A stretch of 29,948 bases of DNA from Octopus sinensis (lineage: Eukaryota), in assembly GCF_006345805.1 (NCBI RefSeq), contig NW_021832916.1:1-29948 (forward strand). Direction: 5' to 3'. Shown here in pieces: positions 1 to 10,512 of this stretch. The notes beneath the pieces are model-generated. The model saw only the letters and a program-made list of their open reading frames with translations, was not told the origin of the DNA and searched no databases. Each line of letters opens with the position of its first letter. Position 1 is the first letter of the stretch. Position numbers and translations under genes: made by a program.

Positions 1-38
1 TACACATACACTTGCACACACACGGAGATGTCACTCAG

Positions 39-1509
39 ATAAAAGGCAAAGTCGACTCCGGCGGAATTTGAACTCAGAAGGTAACAGCAGACGGAATACC
101 TATTTCTTTACTACCCACAAGGAGCTAAACACAGAGGGGACAATTGAAGAGAGACAAACGGATTAAGTGGATTACATCGACCCCAGTGCGTAACTGGTAC
201 TTAATTTATCGACCCCGAAAGTATAAAAGGCAAAGTCGAACTCGGCAGAATTGGAACTCAGAACGTAACAGCAGACGGAATACCTATTTCTTTCTACCCA
301 CAAGGGGCTAAACGAAGAGAGGACAAACAAGGACAGACAAATGGATTAAGTAGATTATATCGAAACCAGTGCGTAACTGGTACTTATTCAATCGACTCCG
401 AAAGAATAAAAGGCAATGTCGACCTCGGTGTATTTTTGAACTCAGAACGTAACAGCAGGCGGAATACCTATTTCTTTCTACCCACAAGGGGCTAAACGAA
501 GAGAGGACAAACAAGGACAGACAAATGGATTAAGTAGATTATATCGAAACCAGTGCGTAACTGGTACTTATTCAATCGACTCCGAAAGAATAAAAGGCAA
601 TGTCGACCTCGGTGTATTTTTGAACTCAGAACGTAACAGCAGGCGGAATACCTATTTCTTTCTACCCACAAGGGGCTAAACGAAGAGAGGACAAATAAAG
701 ATAGACAAACGGATTAAGTAGATTATATCGAAACCAGTGCGTAACTGGTACTTATTCAATCGACTCCGAAAGAATAAAAGGCAATGTCGACCTCGGTGTA
801 TTTTTGAACTCAGAACGTAACAGCAGGCGGAATACCTATTTCTTTACTACCCACAAGGGGCTAAACACAGAGAGGATAAACAAGGACAGACAGACGGATT
901 AAGTAGATTATATCGACGCCAGTGCGTAACTGGTACTTATTCAATCGACTCCGAAAGAATAAAAGGCAATGTCGACCTCGGTGTATTTTTGAACTCAGAA
1001 CGTAACAGCAGGCGGAATACCTATTTCTTTACTACCCACAAGGGGCTAAACACAGAGAGGATAAACAAGGACAGACAAACGGATTAAGTAGATTATATCG
1101 AAACCAGTGCGTAACTGGTACTTATTCAATCGACTCCGAAAGAATAAAAGGCAATGTCGACCTCGGTGTATTTTTGAACTCAGAACGTAACAGCAGGCGG
1201 AATACCTATTTCTTTACTACCCACAAGGGGCTAAACACAGAGAGGATAAACAAGGACAGACAAACGGATTAAGTAGATTATATCGAAACCAGTGCGTAAC
1301 TGGTACTTATTCAATCGACTCCGAAAGAATAAAAGGCAATGTCGACCTCGGTGTATTTTTGAACTCAGAACGTAACAGCAGGCGGAATACCTATTTCTTT
1401 ACTACCCACAAGGGGCTAAACACAGAGAGGATAAACAAGGACAGACAAACGGATTAAGTCGATTATATCGACGCCAGTGCGTAACTGGTACTTAATTTAT
1501 CGACTCCCA
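39..1509 (-). repeat. Tandem array 1 of a ~184-185 bp satellite derived from a tRNA-type SINE (family B), 8 units
   Basis: Marker GAACTCAGAA recurs at 70, 254, 438, 622, 806, 991, 1176 and 1361. The minus strand reads ...GTTACGTTCTGAGTTCAAA (B-box region)...GTCGAC..TGCCTTT...AAGTACCAGTTACGCACTGG...TTGTGGGTAGTAAAGAAATA, homologous to the dispersed SINE copies at 9984-10147 and 23551-23752. Confidence 0.93.
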
Positions 1510-2200
1510 AATGGTGAAAAGCTATGGTGGTATATGTGGTCGAAGTGGAAGCAATGATAATACTGATGATAATGTTTGTAGTCGTAGTGGTGGTGTTAGT
1601 GGTAGGATATTTGTGGTGGTGGTGGTGGTGGTGGTGGTGATGTATTTAATTGCTTCAAATGATTCCTGTTTTGAAAGGGTTTTTTTTTTTTAATTATATG
1701 GCCGTGTTATCTTTTTTTACCCTCGCCAAGGAGGTTATATTTCTGCTGATGTTTGTTTGAGAAATTGGCTATTTTTGGGGCATTCGTGTATATGGGTGGA
1801 AATGGGTTGCTTGGCGGAGGTCTGCGCTCTTTGGGTGCCTTTCTAGTTCATTCTAATTTATTCTTTTATTTATTCGATATTCTCTCGCTTCGAACCAAGC
1901 AGTTTCGTCTGCGCACATGCATCAACATGTGAACACCGTCTGCTGCACATTTAGACGCATTCTTTTATTGTATTAGGTTCGCCCGGCTTGAAACAAACTT
2001 TCCCACACTATGAATAGTTGATTGTGTTGAATATATTTTCTTTGAAAAGCCGGAAAGCTTTGCGAGAGAATAAGACATGAGGCTATTCTTTCATTTAACA
2101 GGGGTGTGCGTACATACTTGCATGCGCACCAATATATAAGCGTATACATAGATATACACACTTACACATACACTTACACACACACGGAGATGTCACTCAG
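1510..2200. repeat. Spacer of the higher-order repeat, copy 1 (near-identical to 4770-5438; its end also matches 1-38)
   Basis: ATGGTGAAAAGCTATGGTGG...ACACATACACTT(A/G)CACACAC is present twice, with few substitutions and different (GGT)n and poly-T lengths. Confidence 0.92.
1717..1848 (+). mobile_element. Short non-autonomous Helentron/HINE-like element
   Basis: Subterminal inverted repeat CCCTCGCCAAG (1720-1730) / CTTGGCGGAGG (1810-1820), 3' hairpin GCGCTC-TTT-GGGTGC, and terminus CTAGTT in a T-rich site. This is the HINE/DINE-1-type architecture. Confidence 0.7.
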
Positions 2201-4769
2201 ATAAAAGGCAAAGTCGACTCCGGCGGAATTTGAACTCAGAAGGTAACAGCAGACGGAATACCTATTTCTTTACTACCCACAAGGAGCTAAACACAGAGGG
2301 GACAATTGAAGACAGACAAACGGATTAAGTGGATTACATCGACCCCAGTGCGTAACTGGTACTTAATTTATCGACCCCGAAATTATAAAAGGCAAAGTCG
2401 AACTCGGCAGAATTGGAACTCAGAACGTAACAGCAGACGGAATACCTATTTCTTTCTACCCACAAGGGGCTAAACGAAGAGAGGACAAATAAAGATAGAC
2501 AAACGGATTAAGTAGATTATATCGAAACCAGTGCGTAACTGGTACTTATTCAATCGACTCCGAAAGAATAAAAGGCAATGTCGACCTCGGTGTATTTTTG
2601 AACTCAGAACGTAACAGCAGGCGGAATACCTATTTCTTTCTACCCACAAGGGGCTAAACGAAGAGAGGACAAATAAGATAGACAAACGGATTAAGTAGAT
2701 TATATCGAAACCAGTGCGTAACTGGTACTTATTCAATCGACTCCGAAAGATAAAAGGCAATGTCGACCTCGGTGTTTTTTGAACTCAGAACGTAACAGCA
2801 GGCGGAATACCTATTTCTTTCTACCCACAAGGGGCTAAACGAAGAGAGGACAAATAAAGATAGACAAACGGATTAAGTAGATTATATCGAAACCAGTGCG
2901 TAACTGGTACTTATTCAATCGACTCCGAAAGAATAAAAGGCAATGTCGACCTCGGTGTATTTTTGAACTCAGAACGTAACAGCAGGCGGATACCTATTTC
3001 TTTACTACCCACAAGGGGCTAACACAGAGAGGATAAACAAGGACAGACAAACGGATTAAGTAGATTATATCGACGCCAGTGCGTAACTGGTACTTATTCA
3101 ATCGACTCCGAAAGAATAAAAGGCAATGTCGACCTCGGTGTATTTTTGAACTCAGAACGTAACAGCAGGCGGAATACCTATTTCTTTACTACCCACAAGG
3201 GGCTAAACACAGAGAGGATAAACAAGGACAGACAAACGGATTAAGTAGATTATATCGAAACCAGTGCGTAACTGGTACTTATTCAATCGACTCCGAAAGA
3301 TAAAAGGCAATGTCGACCTCGGTGTATTTTTGAACTCAGAACGTAACAGCAGGCGGAATACCTATTTCTTTACTACCACAAGGGGCTAAACACAGAGAGG
3401 ATAAACAAGGACAGACAACGGATTAAGTAGATTATATCGAAACCAGTGCGTAACTGGTACTTATTCAATCGACTCCGAAAGAATAAAAGGCAATGTCGAC
3501 CTCGGTGTATTTTTGAACTCAGAACGTAACAGCAGGCGGAATACCTACTTCTTTACTACCCACAAGGGGCTAAACACAGAGAGGATAACAAGGACAGACA
3601 ACGGATTAAGTAGATTATATCGAAACCAGTGCGTAACTGGTACTTATTCAACGACTCCGAAAGAATAAAAGGCAATGTCGACCTCGGTGTATTTTTGAAC
3701 TCAGAACGTAACAGCAGGCGGAATACCTATTTCTTTACTACCCACAAGGGGCTAAACACAGAGAGGATAAACAAGGACAGACAAACGGATTAAGTAGATT
3801 ATATCGAAACCAGTGCGTAACTGGTACTTATTCAATCGACTCCGAAAGATAAAAGGCAATGTCGACCTCGGTGTATTTTTGAACTCAGAACGTAACAGCA
3901 GGCGGAATACCTATTTCTTACTACCCACAAGGGGCTAAACACAGAGAGGATAAACAAGGACAGACAAACGGATTAAGTAGATTATATCGAAACCAGTGCG
4001 TAACTGGTACTTATTCAAACGACTCCGAAAGAATAAAAGGCAATGTCGGCCTGGGTGTATTTTTGAACTCAGAACGTAACAGCAGGCGGAATACCTATTT
4101 CTTTACTACCCACAAGGGGCTAAACACAGAGAGGATAAACAAGGACAGACAAACGGATTAAGTAGATTATATCGAAACCAGTGCGTAACTGGTACTTATT
4201 CAATCGACTCCGAAAGAATAAAAGGCAATGTCGACCTCGGTGTATTTTTGAACTCAGAACGTAACAGCAGGCGGAATACCTATTTCTTTACTACCCACAA
4301 GGGGCTAAACACAGAGAGGATAAACAAGGACAGACAAACGGATTAAGTAGATTATATCGAAACCAGTGCGTAACTGGTACTTAATTTATCGACACCGAAA
4401 GAATAAAAGGCAATGTCGACCTCGGTGTATTTTTGAACTCAGAACGTAACAGCAGGCGGAATACCTATTTCTTTACTACCCACAAGGGGCTAAACACAGA
4501 GAGGATAAACAAGGACAGACAAACGGATTAAGTCGATTATATCGACGCCAGTGCGTAACTGGTACTTAATTTATCGACTCCGAAAGAATAAAAGGCAATG
4601 TCGACCTCGGTGTATTTTTGAACTCAGAACGTAACAGCAGGCGGAATACCTATTTCTTTACTACCCACAAGGGGCTAAACACAGAGAGGATAAACAAGGA
4701 CAGACAAACGGATTAAGTCGATTATATCGACACCAGTGCGTAACTGGTACTTAATTTATCGACCCCGAA
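2201..4769 (-). repeat. Tandem array 2 of the same SINE-derived satellite, 14 units
   Basis: Marker GAACTCAGAA at about 2232, 2416, 2600, 2781, 2965, 3148, 3332, 3515, 3697, 3881, 4065, 4250, 4435 and 4620. Same order of unit variants as array 1. Confidence 0.93.
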
Positions 4770-5438
4770 ATGGTGAAAAGCTATGGTGGTGTATGTGGTC
4801 GAAGTGGAAGCAATGATAATGCTGATGATAATGTTTGTAGTCGTAGTGGTGGTGTTAGTGGTAGGATATTTGTGGTGGTGGTGGTGGTGGTGGTGATGTA
4901 TTTAATTGCTTCAAATGATTCCTGTTTTGAAAGGGTTTTTTTTTTTAATTATATGGCCGTGTTATCTTTTTTTACCCTCGCCAAGGAGGTTATATTTCTG
5001 CTGATGTTTGTTTGAGAAATTGGCTGATTTTGGGGCATTCGTGTATATGGGTGGAAATGGGTTGCTTGGCGGAGGTCTGCGCTCTTTGGGTGCCTTTCTA
5101 GTTCATTCTAATTTATTCTTTTATTTATTCGATATTCTCTCGCTTCGAACCAAGCAGTTTCGTCTGCGCACATGCATCAACATGTGAACACCGTCTGCTG
5201 CATATTTAGACGCATTCTTTTATTGTATTAGGTTCGCCCGGCTTGAAACAAACTTTCCCACACTATGAATAGTTGATTGTGTTGAATATATTTTCTTTGA
5301 AAAGCCGGAAAGCTTTACGGGAGAATAAGACATGAGGCTATTCTTTCATTTAACAGGGGTGTGCGTACATACATGCATGCGCACCAATATATAAGCGTAT
5401 ACATAGATATACACACTTACACATACACTTGCACACAC
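4770..5438. repeat. Spacer of the higher-order repeat, copy 2
   Basis: Direct repeat of 1510-~2185. Confidence 0.92.
4972..5103 (+). mobile_element. Second copy of the Helentron/HINE-like element (duplicated with the spacer)
   Basis: Same sequence as 1717-1848. Confidence 0.7.
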
Positions 5439-5439
5439 G

Positions 5440-5851
5440 CAAAAATTCACCTACATTCTCTCTCCCCTCCCACTGCTCTCTCACCTTGTCTCACCTCATT
5501 ATATATTACTGTATGCTCCCCCTTTCTTGCTTTCTCTCTCCCCCTCCCACCTCATTATATATTACTGTATGCTCCCCCTTTCTTGCTTTCTCTCTCCCCC
5601 CCTCCCACCTCATTATATATTACTGTATGCTCCCCCTTTCTTGCTTTCTCTCTCCCCCTCCCACCTCATTATATATTACTGTATGCTCCCCCTTTCTTTT
5701 CTCTCTCTCTCCTTTCGATCTGTATATTGCTACGTCATTCCGCTTTTCTTAATCTCCCTCCTACCTCATGCTCTCTCTATCCTCTCTCCCCCACTCATAT
5801 GTATTACTATATCATTCCGCCTCATCTATTCTCTTACCTTATTCCCTCTCG

Positions 5852-5900
<49 letters not shown>

Positions 5901-6215
5901 CCCTCCCTCCACAACACAACAACAATCGACACATCCCTCTTTGTCTCTCAGCCCCTCATAATATATCTTTTTTAACCACTCCGCCTCCCTTGCTTTATCT
6001 CTTACCTCACCCTTACCCTCAATTTCTCTATCTCAGTCTCTCCCTGTCCCTTCATATGCAAGTCTGTCTGTCTGTCTCTCCCTCTCCCTCTCTCCCTCTG
6101 TCTGTCTGTCTCTCTTTCTCCCTTCCTTTCTTTCTTCTTCTCCCTCCCCTCTCTCTTTATTACCTCATTATATATTAACACTTTTTTCTCTTTGTCTCTC
6201 TACTCATACTGCCCC
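5440..6215 (-). repeat. Inverted copy of the purine-rich part of the unclassified composite repeat
   Basis: The reverse complement of 5915-5993 (GCAAGGGAGGCGGAGTGGTTAAAA...GAGACAAAGAGGGATGTGTCGATTG) aligns with 11367-11445 and 16667-16740. Confidence 0.65.
5494..5700. repeat. 56-58 bp minisatellite, about 3.6 copies
   Basis: CCTCATTATATATTACTGTATGCTCCCCCTTTC starts at 5494, 5550, 5608 and 5664. Confidence 0.9.
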
Positions 6216-6217
6216 CC

Positions 6218-6562
6218 CTCTTTTACTTTTATTCTGTGGCCATGCTGGAGCACCGTCTTTAGTCGAGCAAATCGACCCCAGGACTTATTCTTTGTAAGCC
6301 TAGTACTTATTCTTTCTTTCTCTTTTTCCGAACCGCTAAGTTACGGGGACAAACACAAACAAACATATACACTCACATACATATATATATACATATATGC
6401 AACGGGCTTCTTTCAGTTTCCGTCTACCAAATCCACTCTCAAAGCATTGGTCGGCCCGAGGCTATAGTAGAAGACACTTGCCCAAGGTGCCACGCAGTAG
6501 GACTGAACCCGTAACCATGTGGTTGGTAAGCAAGCTACTTACCACACAGCCACTCCTGCGCC
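6218..6562 (-). mobile_element. tRNA-derived SINE family A (CORE-like), internally deleted copy
   Basis: Minus-strand head GGCGCAGGAGTGGCTGTGTGG (A box)...GGTTCAGTCC (B box), then CACCTTGGGCAAGTG (CORE-like). AGTAAA-type tail. The segment between two GGGGAC words is lost. Confidence 0.9.
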
Positions 6563-6564
6563 CC

Positions 6565-6955
6565 CTCTTTTACTTTTACTTTTATTCTGTGGCCATACTG
6601 GAGCACCGTCTTTAGTCGAGCAAATCGACCCCAGGACTTATTGTTTGTAAGCCTAGTACTCATTCTTTCGTTCTCTTTTTCCGAACCGCTAAGTTACGGG
6701 GACGTAAACACACCAGCATCGGTTGTCAAGCGATGTTGGAGGGGGGACAAACACAAACAAACATATACACTCACATACATATATATATACATATATGCAA
6801 CGGGCTTCTTTCAGTTTCCGTCTACCAAATCCACTCACAAGGCTTCGGTTGGCCCGAGGCTATAGTAGAAGACACTTGCCCAAGGTGCCACGCAGTGGGA
6901 CTGAACCCAGAACCATGTGGTTCGTTAGCAAGCTACTTACCACACAGCCGCTCCT
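6565..6955 (-). mobile_element. SINE family A, near-complete copy in tandem with the previous one
   Basis: Same A/B boxes, central (AT/AC) microsatellite and tail. Shares private variants with 6218-6562. Confidence 0.9.
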
Positions 6956-6957
6956 AA

Positions 6958-7333
6958 GTTTCTTTCCTTATTTCTTTCTCTCTTCCTTTAATTCTTACTT
7001 CATTATTTACTTTCTGTCTTTCCTCTCCCTCCCTTTCCTTGTTTCCTTCTTCCTTCCTTCCTTACCTCCTTTCTTCTTTCCTTCATTTATTTCCTTCTTT
7101 CTTCCTTTAATTATTTCTTTCATTCTTTTTTCTCTTCTTTATTTCTTTCTTTCTCTCATTCTCTTTCTCATTTTTTCTTTCACTCTTATGTCATACTTTA
7201 TGACAGAATAACGTCGCGTTTTCCCCTCCCTCCTCTCTCCTTCTTTCTTTCTTCATTTCATTCTTTTCCTTTCTCTTCTTCTTCCTTTAATTCTATTTTC
7301 CTTCCTTTCTTTCTCCCCCTCTCTCTCTCCCTC
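6958..7333. repeat. Polypyrimidine low-complexity tract
   Basis: Mostly C/T (TTTC, TTCC). Confidence 0.85.
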
Positions 7334-7341
7334 ACGCAATC

Positions 7342-7599
7342 TATTGGGTTGGGGCATAATTATTGCAGCTTTTTTTAACAAATTTTATTCAATAAAAATA
7401 TTATAACAACATGTAACAAACCATCTTTAAATGATTATTCCGGAGCATATTCACCATCTACCTCAGTTACTACTGCTTGCCATTTGCTTGACAGACGGTC
7501 AGACCGTCATTTAAAGATGTTTTTGTTAAATATTGTTATTGTTTTCGTTGAATAAATTTTTTGGAAAAAAAAAGACAATAATTACACCCTAACCCAATA
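7342..7599 (-). mobile_element. Mariner-derived MITE with ~90-bp inverted arms and a transposase C-terminal remnant
   Basis: TA|TTGGGTTGGGGCATAATTATTG ... CAATAATTACACCCTAACCCAA|TA. The minus strand of 7435-7500 translates DRLSSKWQAVVTEVDGEYAPE*, like the mariner C-terminal L..RWQ.V....GEY motif. Confidence 0.8.
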
Positions 7600-8050
7600 A
7601 TTATCTCCTTCGCATAATTATTTCGGCCTTTGTTAGAGAACCTGACCTCTATATTGTCTCGCATCATTCCGGAAGCAGCAAGCAACGACTTGTAGCGGCA
7701 CAAGCAGCAAGCACCATATTGGATGAGATCTCGCGGCAGCCATTGCCATCTACGAGACCTGAGCGATACCCCACCTGCATCCATTTGCCATGCGCGAGGT
7801 CACAACGAGGCTCGCGATGGAAACTATATAAACGGAAAACCGATTCAGACCTGTCTCTTTTGGCGCCACCCCCACAGCAGCACTGGCTGAGGCTTTCTAC
7901 CTGTCCATCTTCAGAGGCAATGCGCCCACACTATCGGAGCTTAAGATGGTAGCTGAGAGCAGCACACTTCATTTTGCCTTCCATTATTAAAGACTTTCAA
8001 ATTTGTAATGTTTTTCATATTGTTTGGTCTGTCCTTTTTGTAAATTCTAA

Positions 8051-8053
<3 letters not shown>

Positions 8054-8081
<28 letters not shown>

Positions 8082-8338
8082 GTGCGTGTTTGTGTGTGTG
8101 TGTATGTGTGCGTGTGTGTGTGTGTATGTTTGTGTGTCTGTGTTTGTCTCCCCAACATCGCTTGACAACCAATGCTGGTGTGTTTATGTCTCCGTAACTT
8201 AGCGGTTAGGAAATAGATACTCATAGAATAAGTACTAGGCTTACAAAGAATAACTCCCGGGGTCGATTTGCTCTAGTGAAGGCGGTGCTTCAGCATGGCC
8301 ACAGTCAAATGACTGAAACAAGTAAAAGAGTAAAAGAG
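8054..8338 (+). mobile_element. SINE family A, 3' half with an expanded (TG)n tract
   Basis: GCTTGACAACC...CAGCATGGCCACAGTCAAATGACTGAAACAAGTAAAAGAGTAAAAGAG. Confidence 0.88.
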
Positions 8339-8383
8339 CACAATATGCTTAAGCCATGTTAAAAAAGAAAAGCAGTTATTGTT

Positions 8384-8803
8384 TTATACAGTCGTCACAA
8401 TTGTCCAGAGCCTCTTTGAACAGGGGAGTGGTGGGCAGTTGAATGACATCTTGTGGTAGCTTGTTCCACGGGGCTGCGATACGGATGGAGAATGTAGCCT
8501 TTTGCCTGTTGAGTCGAAAGTGTCGGGGATAGAGTTTCCAATCGTGCTCACGAAAACCCTATCCGGCGCAGGGGTGAAAAACTCCGCAAATGGTAGATTT
8601 ATATTCCCGTTGAAGATGTTGAAAGCTGGGATGAGTTCTCCCCGCATTCTCCGTTGTTCGAGTGAAGGTAATGCCAGCCGTTGTAGACGTTCCTCATCCG
8701 TAAGCTTAGACAGGCCCACGATCATTCCGTTGGCTAAGTGTTGAACCCGTTCTAGGTGCTGAATGTCTTTCTGGAGATATGGGTTTGAGGCCTGGATGCA
8801 TAG
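8384..8803 (-). pseudogene. CR1-clade LINE ORF2 C-terminal fragment (frameshifted)
   Basis: Translates CIQASNPYLQKDIQHLERVQ...EERLQRLALPSLEQRRMRGELI.. then, after a frameshift, FSIRIAAPWNKLPQDVIQLPTTPLFKEALD. These are canonical CR1 post-RT motifs. Confidence 0.9.
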
Positions 8804-8869
8804 TTACCGTTTTTATTAAATATTTTGAGATCATTTGGAGATCAATTGCTTTTATAAATACTTTGGAAA

Positions 8870-9174
8870 CCTTTCGAGCGTGATCGTTACCAACGTCACG
8901 TCACTGACCTCCTGTGCCGGTGGCATGTGTAAAAAGATTTGCGTGAGGTCATTGCCAGTACCGCCTGACTGGCCCCCGTGCCGGTGGCACGTAAAAATCA
9001 CCTACTACACTCTCGGAGTGGTTGGCGTTAGGAAGGGCATCCAGCTGTAGAAACTTTGCCAGATCAAGATTGGAGCCTGGTGCAGCCATCTCGTTCGCCA
9101 GCCCTCAGTCAACACCGTCCAACCCATGCTAGCATGGAAAGCGGACGTTAAGCGATGATGATGATGATGATGAT
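8870..9174 (+). mobile_element. SINE family C, 3' part with (GAT)n tail (RTE-type tail suspected)
   Basis: Internal duplication of GTGCCGGTGGCA(T/C)G..TAAAA, the motif GGTTGGCGTTAGGAAGGGCATCCAGCTGTAGAAAC, terminal palindrome CCATGCTAGCATGG, and (GAT)7. Confidence 0.75.
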
Positions 9175-9179
9175 AATTT

Positions 9180-9560
9180 GGAAACATCCTTCAATTCTTA
9201 TATGAAAAACAAACAAAATTTGAAGTCATTTGGTTTCTGTTTCTAGCGTGAAGATTGACCACATATAGGAAATGTTCTAATACATGCTTCTTAAACTGTC
9301 CTTCAATTGAAAGTAAATGCAAGTTTGAAGGTAATTGGTTGTATTTTCTAGCAGGATATGAAATCATGGGTGGGGGAATATTTTTGTAGTTGATCTGTAA
9401 AGTGTCCTTTAGAGAGAGAGAGAAAGATATGGGGAGAGAGATAAAGTGAGAGAAGAGAGAGAGAGAGAGAGAAGGAAAAGAAAGTGGAACATAAAGAGAC
9501 AGAGGGTGAGAGAAGGGGAGGGATATATAGTTTAGCGAGAGCGGGAGGGGGTAAAAGTAT
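9180..9560 (+). repeat. Partial copy of the unclassified composite repeat (TTTCTAGC/GTCCTTCAAT subrepeats plus purine-rich part)
   Basis: ATGCTTCTTAAACTGTCCTTCAAT and TTTCTAGC units match 10695-11060 and 14988-15390. Confidence 0.7.
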
Positions 9561-9571
9561 ATATATATATA

Positions 9572-9970
9572 CTCTTTTACTCTTTTACTTGTTTCAGTCA
9601 TTTGACTGCGGCCATGCTGGAGCACCGCCTTTAATCGATCAACTCGACCCCGGGACTTTTTCTTTTGTAAGCCCAGTACTTATTCTATCTGTATCTTTTG
9701 CCGAACCGCTAGTTGACGGGTACATAAACTCACCAGCATCGGTTGTCAAGCAATGCTAGGGGGACAAACACAGATACACAAACACACACACGCATATATA
9801 TACATATATACGACGAGCTTCTTTCAGTTTCCGTCTACCAAATCCACTCACAAGGCTTTGGTCGGCCCGAGGCTATAGCAGACAACACTTGCTCAAGATG
9901 CCACGCAGTGGGACTGAACCCGGAACCATGTGGTTGGTAAACAAACGACTTACCACACAGCCACTCCTGC
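9572..9970 (-). mobile_element. SINE family A, full length
   Basis: A box, B box GGTTCAGTCCC, body and AGTAAAAG tail. Confidence 0.92.
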
Positions 9971-9983
9971 ATCGAAATACATA

Positions 9984-10147
9984 TATTTCGTCTGTGTCAA
10001 CGTTTTGAGTTCAAATTCCGCCGCAGTCAACTTTGTCCTTTACCTTTTCGGGGTCGATAAACTAAGTACCAGTTGCTTACTGGGGTCGATCTATTCAACT
10101 GGACTCCTCCCCCAAAATTTCGGGCCTTGCGCCTAGAATTTAAAAGA
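9984..10147 (+). mobile_element. SINE family B, 5'-truncated, alternative tail
   Basis: TATTTCGTCTG...GAGTTCAAATTCCGCCG...GGGGTCGATAAACTAAGTACCAGTT...CCCCAAAATTTCGGGCCTTG. Confidence 0.85.
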
Positions 10148-10150
10148 CTC

Positions 10151-10164
10151 TGTGTGTGTGTGTA

Positions 10165-10248
<84 letters not shown>

Positions 10249-10250
10249 AG
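10151..10250. repeat. Compound (TG)n(AG)n microsatellite
   Basis: Directly visible. Confidence 0.95.
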
Positions 10251-10257
10251 AAAGAAT

Positions 10258-10512
10258 GTGTTTTGAAAGGCACAACAAAGCACTATAATAACTGTTATAA
10301 TTTAATCATCCATAGTTTGATACAAAATTTCGGGATATAAAAATTCCTTCTTCAGATATCCCTAGGAATTGATCGAGTCACTGCTACAATCGGTTTTCCA
10401 ATGGTTTTTTCTATATTCCGAAATGTTGTATCAGACTATGGATGATTAAATTATAACAGTTATTATAGTCCATAGTTGTTATTATAGTGCACTGTTGTGC
10501 CATTCAAGACAC
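10258..10512. mobile_element. MITE with ~90-bp terminal inverted repeats, superfamily uncertain
   Basis: GTGTTTTGAAAGGCACAACAAAGCACTATAATAACTGTTATAATTTAATCATCCATAGTTTGATACAAAATTTCGG is inverted at 10415-10512. The right arm has a ~19-bp internal duplication. Confidence 0.82.

Noticed and set aside
1971-1990. Mariner-like end TATTAGGTTCG in the spacer
   Set aside because: No matching opposite TIR was found.
39-4769. CRISPR-like array, or retrozyme with hammerhead
   Set aside because: The units are contiguous near-identical repeats without unique spacers, there are no cas genes, and no CTGANGA...GAAA core was found on either strand of the unit.
6480-6562. tRNA gene
   Set aside because: A/B boxes are present but continue into the SINE body; no complete cloverleaf or terminator.
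6397-7211. Recurrent ORFs such as 'SFSFRLPNPLTR' and 'YQIHSQGFGRPEAIVED'
   Set aside because: Antisense translations of SINE family A, not genes.
10281-10489. CACTA (EnSpm) transposon termini
   Set aside because: The inverted repeat extends about 23 bp beyond CACTA/TAGTG, so these are not the ends.
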